The notes beneath the pieces are model-generated. The model saw only the letters and a list, made by a program, of their open reading frames with translations, was not told where the DNA came from and did no database searches. A stretch of 52,685 nt of DNA, the filler included, from Sphacelaria rigidula (Eukaryota), in assembly GCA_964200075.2 (NCBI GenBank). It is 2 parts of 2 records of this genome, joined end to end, with 100 filler letters (N's around TTAATTAATTAA, not from the genome) between each part and the next. Parts side by side here need not be neighbours in the genome. Positions count along the whole stretch, not along the records: positions 1 to 26,300 come from CAXNAA020000141.1; positions 26,401 to 52,685 come from CAXNAA020000142.1. One strand, 5' to 3'. The position numbers and the translations under genes were made by a program. This document shows positions 23,000 to 35,000 of the stretch, in pieces. Position 1 is the stretch's first letter; each line of letters starts with the position of its first letter.

Positions 23000-25419
23000 G
23001 GGCAATATACAAAAAAGGATACACCCTGGTGCTTTTGAAATAAAAAAGGGGAACGCATTTTTCGCTTTGGGGCGCGGCGCTGCACGCGAGCTTAACACCT
23101 CGAGAACACGATCCAGCGCCTCAGCCCCATGCCCAAGGTGTCTGGGCAGCATACCCGTCCATTTTGTTTGATTTTACAAGTGTTACTGGGCTGAACTACG
23201 GCGCCGAAAATGAGAGCCAGTGAGAGTACCCTTTTTTGTCAACAAACCAGGAGGGTACACCCTGCCCTCCACCAAAAAGTTATATCTCACCCTGTTTTGT
23301 TCTACTGTCGACCATTTTTCGTGACGTGGTGACGGTACCGCCGTCTCAGCACAAGATACGCCGAGCAGTCACAACCATAGCCATCTTCGGTACAATTACA
23401 CCCCACGAAAAAAGGCCGAAACCCAACGACCAGAAGAGTGTAGCACCCCTGCCGGTTGCCCCGAAGATCAGTAAGATCCAACGATGCACATCGGTCGCTT
23501 GTATGCCGAAGCTCACAAAAATCCAACGAGCATGGGTGAACATCCTGCCGACACACCAGCCCGAGCGGCATCATGCGGCAAAAACATCAGACCGATGCCG
23601 GATCTTCAGTTTGCGGCTCGGCAACGGAGATGGACACCGACGGGATTCCGGATTGGAGGAAGAACACCTGAATCCAACGGCGTAGACTGTGCAATCGGGT
23701 TTCTTCCTCCAATCGTTGCCGTTGAACCCATGTCCCTTCCAGACCAGCGCTCACGACCGACGGACCACAACCCAAGCAACACGTACAGAAAACTGAGTGA
23801 TTATCCACAGCAGCAAAGGCCAACACGCTACACCGCCGCGGATCAATGACAATGCCCCCCACAAATGGTGCTATGCTGCAAGGCGGCGCCGATCATTCAA
23901 GAAACAGCAAATTGTTTTCCTTGGTCCACCCCCACAGAAAAGGAGATTCATGGGCTCTGAGTGATGATACATTATGGAAGCGTCATAGGCTTGGAACAGA
24001 GTAAAGTCGAGTGGGGGAAAAAAGTGATCGCACGCTGTGCCGCGTCGTGTACACAGTCAAACAACGACTATACCGCCGTTCATGTAGTTTGTATTTTCGA
24101 ACCCGGTTCACTCTATGCGCATTCTTGATGCAGTTATGCAGGACGAAGTCTAGTGAATGTTCCGTAGACACAAATTTGATTCTTACAACACAGACGCCCC
24201 TCCCATGGGGTCAGATGAACGATGCCACATCTGGGTTTCAAAACAGCCGTTTCGTCACAGCACAAAACGCTTTTTTTCCAAAAGCATATGGATATATTGG
24301 GCGGTGCGCCGGTCTCACATGCAGCTGTGAGTATTCCGAGTGGTGGTCTCGTGGGTGCAACGGCAACTGTCAGAGGGAGAAACCCGGTTGTATAGTCTAC
24401 ACCATTGGATTCGGGCGTTTTCCCTCCCATCCGGAATCCGGTCGGTGTCCAACTCCGTTTCCGAGCCGTAAACTGAAGATCCGGCAACAGTCTGACGATG
24501 TCGCCGCATGATGCCGTTCGGGTTGGTGTGCCGGCAAGATCTTCACCCATGTTCGTTGGATCTTTGTGAGCTCCGGCATACAAGCGACCTATACGCACCG
24601 TTGGATCTTCCGGGTCCTCGGGCCAACCAGCAGGGGTGCTACACTCTTCTGGTCGTTGGGTTTCGGCCTTTTTTCGTGGGGTGTGATTTCACCGAAAATG
24701 GCTATGTGTGAGGAAGGCGTATCGCTAGAGTAGACTGAGACCTACGGGGGAGACTGCCGTCCTGATGCCGAAGGAACCCCGAGGCTGGCGATGAGCCCCT
24801 CTTGTATATGTAGGCAAGAAGTGGGTCAGACGAGACGTGGTCGCCTGGGGCGACCAGTGCCTCGGGGGATGTTGGGCCGTCCTGATATCAGGCTCTTCCT
24901 GGCATCACCCCAAGTTGTCTAGTATAGTTGGCATTACAGGGTCCTCAGTAATCTGGTCCTTTCGGACCGTTCCCACCTTGTACCTGCATGCGCTGGTTCT
25001 TCATACATGCGTGGCATCAGTCTCTGATATATCACTGCAAATATGTGTTTTCCACATATGGTTGTGACTGCTCAGCGTATCTTGTGCTAAGACGGCCGTA
25101 CGGTCACCACTTCACAAAAAAGGGTCACCACTTCAAGAAAAAGGGTCAACAGGAGAACAAAAAATGGTAAAATATATTTTTTTAGCAGAGGGCAGGGTGT
25201 ATCCTCCTGTTTGGCTTACAAAAAAGAGTACTCTCACAGGCTCTCATTTTCGGCGCCGTAGTTCAGTCCAGTAACACTTGTGAAAATGAAACAAGATGGA
25301 TATGCTGCCCAGACACCTTGGGCGTGGGACTGAGGCGCTGGAACGTGTTTTCGAGGTGTTTAGCCCGCGTGCGGCGCCGCGCCCCAAACGAAAAATGCGT
25401 TACTTTTGTTATATTGCCC
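23000..25419. mobile_element. Non-autonomous Mutator-like/foldback DNA transposon with ~700-bp terminal inverted repeats
   Basis: 23000-23732 is the diverged reverse complement of 24350-25419 once the 24707-25056 insert is removed. Termini are GGGCAATAT / ATATTGCCC. The flanking 9-mers CTGATTTTT (22991-22999) and CTGAATGTT (25420-25428) match at 7 of 9 positions. Confidence 0.8.
24707..25056. mobile_element. Solo LTR, 350 bp
   Basis: Begins TGTGAGGAA and ends TTCCACA, with a perfect TATG duplication (24703-24706, 25057-25060). Absent from the opposite TIR arm, which shows the empty site. Confidence 0.8.
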
Positions 25420-26229
25420 CTGAATGTTTCGGAGAGATGAGAAACTTTCGGAACTTTGGACTCTGCGTTCAGACTTCTCCGAGAACGAAGCGGTTTGATC
25501 TATTCTCTGAAGCTTCATTTTCGGAGGAAGTCCAAAAAACTCAGACTGCAACGCAGCACTTCAGAGAGCTGTCCTGTGTGTGCGTCGTGGCGTTCGGAAG
25601 CATTTGAGAATAAATAGGTACCTCACCAGCCCCGACATTTTCCGATATCTTCGAAAAAAAGAGACGATAATAGAGAGTTCCGGAAAAAGGCTTTCCCATC
25701 TTGGAGTTGGAGTGGAAGGAAAAATAGCCGGTAATGGTGCACATTTCACTCTGATTTTTTTCTTAGAGCGATTTTTTCCGAGTCAGAGTGCCGTCTGCAC
25801 CTCTTCACTCTGAAAAGCGTTGTTCCTCTTCAGAGTTCATAGCGGAACGAAAAAGAACCACGCCCACCTTCACCACCATGGTCACGTCTAGTCCAAAATC
25901 AATACACCTTTGACAAGCAAAGTGGGACATTCATCATCAATTAAAACTGCCATGCTCATCACAATTGGCCGTTCACGAAGTAGAAAAGCTTGACATCGCA
26001 ATCAGAAAACCTCCCTGTCGCCGCCATGGTATCAGCATTCACTTGGTTGTGTTACGTGAAAAATTAAATGCTCGACGGGTACACGTTGCCTTGGGTGCCG
26101 TCCCTCACTCTTGCCAGCTTCGGCTGGAAGAAGACGATGGGAATGATTTGTAGTCTACAACGCACAAGCAGTACTGCACCTGGCTGCGTTCTCATCACAT
26201 TAGAGAGCATCACGTCTTGCACCACCGTT

Positions 26230-26300
26230 GTGGGTGTGTGTTGTGTGTTGTCGTCCCATTTATTCTGGGCACCAGTCTACACCTTTCGGTATATGTGGGC
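26230..26300 (-). mobile_element. SINE family A 3' end, cut by the gap
   Basis: gtgttgtcgtcccatttattctgggcaccagtctacacctttcggtatatg matches 34702-34755. Confidence 0.7.
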
Positions 26301-26400
26301 NNNNNNNNNNNNNNNNNNNNNNNNNNNNNNNNNNNNNNNNNNNNTTAATTAATTAANNNNNNNNNNNNNNNNNNNNNNNNNNNNNNNNNNNNNNNNNNNN
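26301..26400. other. Artificial contig-joining linker/gap
   Basis: 100 bp of Ns with a central TTAATTAATTAA (stop codons in all six frames). Confidence 0.95.
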
Positions 26401-26806
26401 CAAATCATCAGTTCTCAATGAGTTCTGAACAGATGTGAGAAAGGTCACGCACAACGTGCACAGTTGATGAGCAGCTACGGCTCGATTTGCTGTCAAACAA
26501 AGACTGTTGTGTGTAGATTAGCAAGGGCTAGCAGAGGGATGCCATGGTAGGGGTACACAAATATTTTCCGAGGTTCGAATTGTTAGGAGCCCTATATCTC
26601 ATCCAAAACACGACTTATGAAAATATACGAGAGCACGCCAGGATTACTATTCCAATGTGCTGGGGATAATCCGAGTTACTCTGCAAACGGGGATGCCCTT
26701 ACCCATGTTCTTGTGCGTCTAGAATTGTTAGCAGCCTCTGAATCAGACAAAATTTCGCGAAAAAAGTGCACCCTTACCGTGGCATTGCTCAGCAGTGAAA
26801 CTAATG

Positions 26807-27856
26807 CGCGTGAGTGGTGGGTGTCTGTGCGTATTTTTTCTGAGAGCGCCACTTGTACAAACCCGCCCGCGCCAACGGTGGAAAGGAGGATCCACCATGA
26901 CCTGTTATTATTACCGACGCTGCGTCGTTGTTTGAAATCTGGAACCCACGCAGCAGATTTGAAAGACAAGCAGTTTTGAGCGCCTCTACTGTTCATGACC
27001 ACTCACCCCACTTCCGTGCTTACCGGAACACCGCATGCAGCACTACAACTGTTCTGGCACTCTCCAGCGCACATCACAACAGCGTATTCGTCGTGGAGTG
27101 TTCAAATGCACAACAGCACAGCGACAGCTACAGCATAGAAATGTGTTGGGGGGGAAATGTGACGTGGCGGGCGTAGTTAGAAAGTTGGAGACACATTCTT
27201 TTTTTTCGTCGGAAACACATTGATTGTCGAATGTCCTTTGAGAACGAATTGGTCGGAAAGACATTGATATCTGTGGAATCTGCTCACGTAATAATCGCAA
27301 GGTTATGCGAAGACTGGAAGCTTTACTGTTTTTTGTTGCACGCACGCGCCGCCTATAAATTGTGGTATCGCTTAAACGATACGCGTGAGTGGTGGGTGTC
27401 TGAGCGTGTTTTTTCAGGGCTGGGTGTGTAGGTGTTGTGCTCCCTTCTTGCATCTTGTCGGCAGCATTACACAGACCTTGGACCTGCTTGGACTAACGAC
27501 CACTTCCATACCTGTCGCATTTCTCAACTTGCGTGCAGATCTGGGTTCCAAGTGTTTGAATTTGAGAGCGCCACTTGTACAAACCCGTTCGCGCCAACGG
27601 TGGAAAGGAGGATCCACTCCGACCTGTTTACCGACGCTGCGTCGTTGTTTGAAATCTGGAGCCCACGCAGGAGATTTGAAAGACGAGCGGTTTTGCAGCA
27701 TCTCTACTGTCCATAACCGCTCACCCCACTTCTGTGCTTACCGGAACACCGCATGCAGCACTACAACTGTTCAGGCACTCTCCAGCGCACATCACACCGT
27801 ATTCGTCGTAGAGTGTTCAAATGCACAACAGCACAGCGACAACTACAGCATAGAAG
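26807..27856. repeat. Diverged local direct duplication (~330-470 bp unit)
   Basis: 26807-27140 matches 27382-27856. The first copy lacks ~145 bp present in the second (27416-27561). Confidence 0.85.
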
Positions 27857-28947
27857 TGATGGGTGTGGGAAGCGCCTTGTTCGTTTAACTACATAATATT
27901 CTCAAAAAAATATTGCGGTATTGTCGTAGTAGTACAGCAGCAGCAGCTGGACATGGAAGCTGATGCATACTGTATAAAGTTTGTCTTCAGGTCCAAAACT
28001 AAAAAACACTGCAGAACTGCTGTTTTATCTTGTGTTCAGTGTAGTACCCTGTACTCCATATAATGGGGTTATGTTTTGAGCAGTTTTTCGAAAAGTTCTG
28101 CTTGTTTTTTGAAAAGTATTCCGAAAAAACGAGAGTGTTTTCTGTCACAGAAATCTAATGCCGAATCTGGAATAGGCTGACACAACAACCAGTTTGAAAA
28201 TTGGAAAACAGTTCGATTTTCTCAACTTCTTCCACACAATCTAAAACACTCTCGAGACCTGAGGAAGGGTGGCTTCCTCGCCCCCCCGCCAGGTATTAAA
28301 GAACAACGACAGGACATCACGGTGTGCGGCATTGATTGTCCTGAGGAATGGGGGGTATAGTCGAGCCATAACAACCACATGACAGTGAGACAAATTTCGC
28401 AATCATTACGCCGCACATGTGATGAGCAGTAGACCTGTCGCTCCAGATATCCATCAGGAGATTGCCGCGAGCTATTTATAAGCCAGTGAGGAGATTCGCG
28501 CTTCGCTCGCACGGTTTCGTGTTTTGCCCCCATTGATTCAATACGTCAGTTTCACATTGATGTGTGGGGGCGTGCACAGAATCATGACCGTTCATCACCG
28601 AGTCTGGTGTCCCTTTGCCGGCGCACAACAGCGAATCAATCTGTCAAAGGAGTTCATCTCATGTCGATGTCTCCTTGACATAGAATCGGTCGCGTCGATG
28701 GCAGTGAAGCACTTGCACCAACCGTCCGTCGCAGCTGACGACAGAAGTACCGGTCAGATGACCAAGTCACATTCTCTGCACTGTGTACATCAACCCTTAT
28801 TTGTTACACGAACTCATTGCATATTATCACGAAAAATGGCGATGGTGGTTGAGTGCAACAGCCTCTTTCGGCCGCTCACGAAGTCGCAACACACTCGTTC
28901 ACCGTGGGTGGCTGGCTCTATTTACTACAAGTGAACGAATGAATATA

Positions 28948-31104
28948 TCAATTAGTATCATCACGGGATGCGACCTCCGAAACTCGCATCCCCTGCAATG
29001 CGAATATTGCGGCGTTATAGGTGCGAACGTTTCGAGCAATGACGCCTGTTGTGTGCACTTCCTGGAAAACTTTCACAGCCTGCCGCCATTCACCACACGT
29101 TCCGCAAGCGTAAATGACCTCACTATAACATCCTACGTCTGGGACAACCACGCCGTCTTGCATCTCCCGCAAAAGAGACAATCCCAGCTGCCATTGACCG
29201 CTGTCTCCGCACGCCCTCACAACCGATTTGTAGCTTACAACATCTGGGGCGATCCCCTTGCTGCGCATTTCTCTCAGCAAAGACAAAGTTTGTTGCCACT
29301 GACCACCGACTGCACATGCCTTGATGACCAGGTTATAGCTCAGCTTGTCCGGTATTACACCTGCCCTCTGCATCTCCTCCCAGAGGGACAAGGCCTGCTC
29401 CCAAGCACCACCGTCCCCGCATGCATGGATCACTGAGCTGTAGCTCATAACATCCGGGGCGACACCTTGTCTCTGCATTTTTCTCAGAAGAGACAGGGCG
29501 TGCTCCCACTGACCCGTGTTCCCACATGCCTTGATGGCCGAGCGGTAGTTCACTTCGTTTGGGACTATGCCCTCGGCTTGCATCTCCCTCAACAACGACA
29601 AAGCGTACTCCCACTGAGAACATTTCCCGCATGCACCAATCGCGGAGCTATAAGTCACAACATCCGGTGCGATCCCTTCGCTTTGCATCTCCCTCAACAA
29701 AGACACGGCCTGCCTCCATTCGAGCCCGTCGCCGCAGGCCTTGATGGCCGTGTTATAGCTCACTAAATCTGGAGTTATGCTCTCTCTTTGCATCTCCCTT
29801 AACAAAGACACAGCCTGGTCCCACCTACCTCCGTCGCCGCACGCCTTGATGGCGGAATTGTAGGTCACGTCATTTGGGACGACACCTTCGGCGGACATCT
29901 CTCTCAATAATGACAACCCTTGTTCCCAGTCACCGCCGTTCCCACATGCCTTGATGGCCGAACTGTAACTCACCACATCCGGGGAGTTTCCCTTGGCTTT
30001 CATCTCTCTTAGTAGAGACACAGCCTGCCCCGATTGAGCACCTTCTCCGCACGCTTTGATAGCCGAGTTGTAGCTCAAAACGTCAGGGGCAACGGGCCCG
30101 CTTTGCATCTCCCTGAACAAAGACAAACCCTCTTCCCATTGACCATGGTCCCCGCAAGCTTTGATCGTTGAACTGTACGTCACTACACTCGGAGTGATAC
30201 CTGCACTCTGCAACTCCCGTAGAAGCGAACAGGCCTGTTTCCACTGACCACCGTCCCCGCACGCTTTTATGGTTGAGTTGTAGGTCACTGCATCCGGGGC
30301 GATACCCTCCCTTTGCATCTCCCTAAGAAGCGAACAAGCCTGTTCCCACTTGCCAGCGTCCCCGCACGCCTTGATGGCGGAGTTGTAGCTCACCTCGTTA
30401 GGCTCCACTCCCACGCTTCGCATCAACTTCAGCATCTTGACCGCTGCTTCCCATTTTCCGCACTTTCCGGCTACGGCTATGGCAGCGCTATAAAAATAGA
30501 CGTTTGCTATCTCATGCGCGTCTTCGCGTCCACGAACTTCCTCCAACAATTTCTTAACCTGATCCCAATTTCGACGCACTCCGGCGTGCTTCAGTCGACC
30601 CATATAGGACCACTGGGTCTTTCGAACGTCATCGTCAATGCGATGTCTCTGCTGCCCCCCACCCCCGGTTTGCCATCTTCGTCTGGCAACTCCTTCCCGG
30701 GCATTGTCACCGGAACAATGCAATCCGGAAGATTGTTCGTGCTGTTGCCCCCTTGCTCCGTCTCGATCGCCGAAATAGACAGAATTGGAACTCCCATGCT
30801 GTTGGTGCCCCTCAGTCCGCCTTTGACGACGGAAGTAGCACGCGTTGTAGCCCCGTCGATGCTTCCGCTGCTGCTGTTGCTGCTCCCTACCATGCCCTGG
30901 CGTACGGAAATTGTGTTCGGTGGAGTCACGGTCCGAAACCGCACTTGGACCATTAAAACAACGGGAACTGGATTCTCGGTCATGTTTTTGGCCCTTGACC
31001 CCATCTCGACTATAAAAAAGGTGAGGCTTGGAACCCTGGTGGGGCTGTTTCCCCATGTTACCAGGTCCAAGACGAGTAAACGAACGCATATTGGCGTCTC
31101 CTTC

Positions 31105-31144
<40 letters not shown>

Positions 31145-31446
31145 CCTCTACCGTTACGTCGGCCACGACTATAACCAAGTGAGGCAGATCCTCCACGATG
31201 GTCTGGGCCCCTACCGTGGTCTCTACGAGGCGAAGATGCAGCGGGGTCACCTCGCCGATGTTGGCAGCTGTCGTTGCTAGCCCGCGCCTTCGTCTCCTTC
31301 GCAGTGACGTCGCAGGAGATGCCATCAGCTAGCGATGATGAAAGCCGAGAGAGAATGGCCGTGTGGCATGCGCGTGACGCCGACGACCGCCGCGACAGGA
31401 GCTTGGAAGCGTGTGCGGCAGTGCTAGGACCATGGCAAGGTACCAT
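28948..31446 (-). CDS. Intronless P-class pentatricopeptide repeat (PPR) protein: 14 full 35-aa repeats plus a partial 15th, with a low-complexity/polyQ N-terminal region
   Basis: Single uninterrupted ORF (track 28948-31548) with tandem repeats of the type DVVSYNSAIKACGDGGQWEQALSLLREMQxEGIAP. Start is uncertain: ATG at 31446 (MVPCHG..., 832 aa) or at 31521 (MISTPS...). Confidence 0.93.
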
Positions 31447-31817
31447 CGATTCGCCTACAAAGTATCTCCAACCTGAGGAATAGTGCAACAAACGGATGAG
31501 AAGAGAAGGCGTGGAGATCATGAAGTTGTGGACGCTCAAAACAGTCAAGATATATCATTCTGGGCACCACGGTACGATCCCGGCACTACACGTTGAATTT
31601 GAAAACGGATCGAACCTTTCGGTACTGAACACGTTTACAGTCTACAGGGGCGAATTTCGAATGCCTCTTTACACTACCGTTATGGCTGATATATCCTTTT
31701 TTTCGCCTAATGCTTTCGCTAATACGCGGGTTGTCAGGCCTGCGCACGCGTGGAAGGTCGGCAACTGACGCACGGATATTCCTTTCGTTTTTCTCTCGTA
31801 TATGTGCACCAGTCGCT

Positions 31818-32139
31818 GCGCCCCGGTGGTGTAATGGTACGACTGTCACCATTAGGGTGAAGAGAACGAGGGTTCGATTCCCGACGTGTTAACTTGTTTT
31901 CTTCGTAGTTTGTGATTGTCACCGTGGAAAGCGTGAGAACGTGAGTAAACAGAGTAGTCGACTGAGTATCTTTGACATGAGTTGACGCGGTGCGGGAGTG
32001 CTGATAGTCATGACCCAATCCGCGAGACCAAAATGCAAGGCGTGTACCGGGGAGAAAAGTATTGATCCCTTGAGACCACAGACTCGTCTCGAGGAAGGGG
32101 AGGGGTTCAAAGTGCGACAAATAAATGATAAGAAAAATA
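31818..32139 (+). mobile_element. tRNA-derived SINE family B, full length
   Basis: Pol III A box TGGTGTAATGG (31827-31837), B box GGTTCGATTCC (31871-31881), unique body and A-rich tail; second copy at 6248-6535. Confidence 0.8.
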
Positions 32140-34384
32140 GTACACTGCACGTCAGGACATGCAAGTAAGTAGCCGTTCGCGGATCAGTTACATATAAGCC
32201 ATAACCTTCCTGTACCATGGGTCTCTGCGAATAATGAGACTTGTGACCTGAGAATCTGAGGGGACACACTCGAAAGGGTCAAATGCGATGTTTGCAGGAG
32301 TTGGGCGACCGGTGGAATTCCGCGCTCCCAAGCGAACTGGCATATCTGCACGGGAAAGATGTGAAGGTTGGTGGTGTTCCAACCCCACTTTTCTCCATGT
32401 GAAGGAGTAGTAGTGACGGGGTAAGAGAGGGCGACGGCAATCACAGAAGGTCAGCCATCGGCGCATCAAGCGACCGACATACTCGCTCCACAAGCAGGCA
32501 GACCGTTGTTTTCCGTATAGGTGTTGCCAAAGTTGGCACTGAAAAAAGTGAGGTGGCCGATTGACGGAAAATCACCCACCAATTGAGTGAGAAATGGCAC
32601 ATCTCTCACCTCCCTCTCTCAGGCCCTCGAATATGCCCCTGAACAAGGGAGTTTTACACATTACCGAAAACTTTACGACCCCCTCTGCGGCAGCTGCAGG
32701 AGAGACCTCGCGCAACATGAAGAATTCCCAGGTGACAGACCTTTTTCTACATTCTTCCTACGGGATGGGGGGTGATCTCCAGGCAATATCGAAAACTCCA
32801 CAACCCCACTGACTTCCTTTTCATCGGATCCGTTCGACTTTTCTGACTCGCGGTCAACTCTCCCCAATATCTCAGAACCAGTGTGCACTTTGGCTTCGGT
32901 CCAATGATGCACCCTAAAGGCGCGGATCAGCATCATAGTCGGATATCTGACTACTTTTGACAGCTCAACTGCACACAGTCAGAGAGCATCCCAAGTATAG
33001 TTATTTAACCTCACGTCCAGAGCAGATGGACTACGGCTGCCTGTTATGAACGTGACTCAAGAATTTCTTTTATTCGAGTGACACAGCACGCTTATATACA
33101 CAACAGGTGGATGGTGACCATTTGTAGAACAAATGTGTCCAGGAGAGCCTCCGACCAGTCACCAGCCAACTCGAGTGCATGTACATTTCTGCTGAGCCAT
33201 TTTCTCGGCCTGCATGCCTTCATTCTTCGCGAGGGATGCACGCTGGTGATCACTACTGCTGCGACAGCAAAAACAAAACACCGTCTGTCCATGCTTACCC
33301 AGCCTTGGTACGTTTGGGGCAATGCTGCCACACCTCGAGCACGTTTACTTTTGCGTTGCATGTACATCGTCTCGACGGTACAGTACTCTACAGTACTGTA
33401 CTGCTGCTGTACCCTACATGCAGTGTTCATCAGCGCTTGAAATACAGCAGTGCAAACGATCAGTGTGTTTTCGCTCACCATTGCACAAAGCCTACGCTGT
33501 CCATCTCTGCCAGTGCTTCAAAATAAAACAGTGTGCAGCTATCTTGATAGCACAAGTGGGGCGGGCAAACAGGTCGCGAATATTATACAATTGAAGAGAG
33601 TACCCCCCCTGAGTGTGTTCGTACAGCCCAGTAATCGAAACAGTTCGGGGAAAATAGAGCTCAAGCGCGAGGTAGTCATCAACCCATCTAAACGAACAGA
33701 ATAAAGACTGAGCGACCATCGAAACCATCGAAATCGTCACACTCTTCCCTACGAGTCTGCTGCTCGACCATGAAAGTTCCTGGGAAAACGCACGGTTGAT
33801 CTGGGAAGCGTCGTCCGCTCATCCGGGAACCCGCCCCCATGGTGATTCCTGAACTGCCGGCGGGCAGCTCTTCCAAGCGGAATCTCACAGTCAACGGGTT
33901 AGGCGTACATTAAAAAAAGAGTCGTCGCGCAATTTTTGAGACACAGGTTACCCCTTGAATGAAGGGAAATCCTGAGCGGTGGCGATATGGCAAAGGTGAG
34001 CTTGTTACTATGATTTGATGCAACCTTGGCCACATAGCTCGAACGCCAGTGCCAGTCTCACGGAATGTATCATATGCTAGTGACCGGCCCTACTACACAG
34101 GTTATTACGGTCACGCAATTTGAGTGTTTGCTGGCTGTGCTGGCTGTGTACTGTGCCGCAAAACAGCGACAACGGGCGCGACCAGCGCAGTCCGTGCTTG
34201 TATAAGTTGCTTCTTTATATCGACCACCATGTTCTCATCGAGCTCCTCTCCACAATCCTCGCTAAATAGAGAGGCTGAAACGTGGGCTTTTCGGCCGTAA
34301 AGACGCGTGTTGGGAACTCTCAGCTGGGCTGTAGGTGGTTGAAAAAAAATGTGACATATTCTTTCACACATAAAACAGCTAATG

Positions 34385-34584
34385 ACCTAGCTCGTCAGCC
34401 GGCTGTAGCTTTTGGTTGAACATATACGGATGAGCTAAGCCCGATAGGTGACCCAGGGCGATCATGCAAGGATGAGCTGCGTCGCGCAGCTCACCTAGGG
34501 TAATCATACGTAACTCATGTAGCTCTCACAGCTTGGTCGGGAGCTACGCTCAAAAACGTTAGCTCGAGCTAGAGGGAGCTGACC
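34385..34584. repeat. AGCT-rich dispersed repeat with internal ~40-bp subrepeats
   Basis: Shares agctcacc(c)aggg..atcatgc units and the terminus agctacgct..aaaa..ttagctc.agcta..gggagctga with 36845-37150. Confidence 0.65.
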
Positions 34585-34674
34585 TTTTCTACGTGTGCAA
34601 CAGTGTTCACCCTTCGAGCCCCGTCTCCTTTCGGTACAATACGTCGGCCGGGAGTCCTGCAGGATACTTGCAAG

Positions 34675-34960
34675 CTTGTGTGTGTTGTGTGTGTGTATGT
34701 ATGTGTTGTCGTCCCATTTATTCTGGACGCCAGTCTACACCTTTCGGTATATATGGGCGCACCAGCCGAGGTCACACAGGAGGAAGGTCAACACTCGAGT
34801 TTTTTCTTTCTTGTTGGTCTTTAATACCCCACCTTTCTCCTGCGGTGCTCGCCTCTATTTTTGATCGCGAGAGCGGTTCAGCACTCTCTTTCCCTCATCG
34901 ACCGTTAAGTCGGATGTTGTGTGCCCACGACATAATCGCTCTCCACTGTCTGTTGGGCGC
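34675..34960 (-). mobile_element. SINE family A, lacking the tRNA head
   Basis: (GT)-rich tail, and the body is co-linear with 36343-36635. Confidence 0.8.
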
Positions 34961-35000
34961 TTGTACTGTAAAAAAATATGTAACAACGTGCAGTAAATAC

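Noticed and set aside
28783-31325. Alternative-frame and antisense ORFs over PPR-1 (217, 289 and 244 aa), and likewise over PPR-2
   Set aside because: Shadow ORFs of a GC-rich repetitive CDS with no independent features.
31818-31890. Possible tRNA gene (the loop could be read as a UUA suppressor anticodon)
   Set aside because: No proper acceptor stem or canonical anticodon loop. It continues into a body shared with 6248-6535, so it is a SINE head.
33110-34330. Exon-like minus-strand fragments between the PPR genes
   Set aside because: I could not build a phase-consistent model or recognise any domain.
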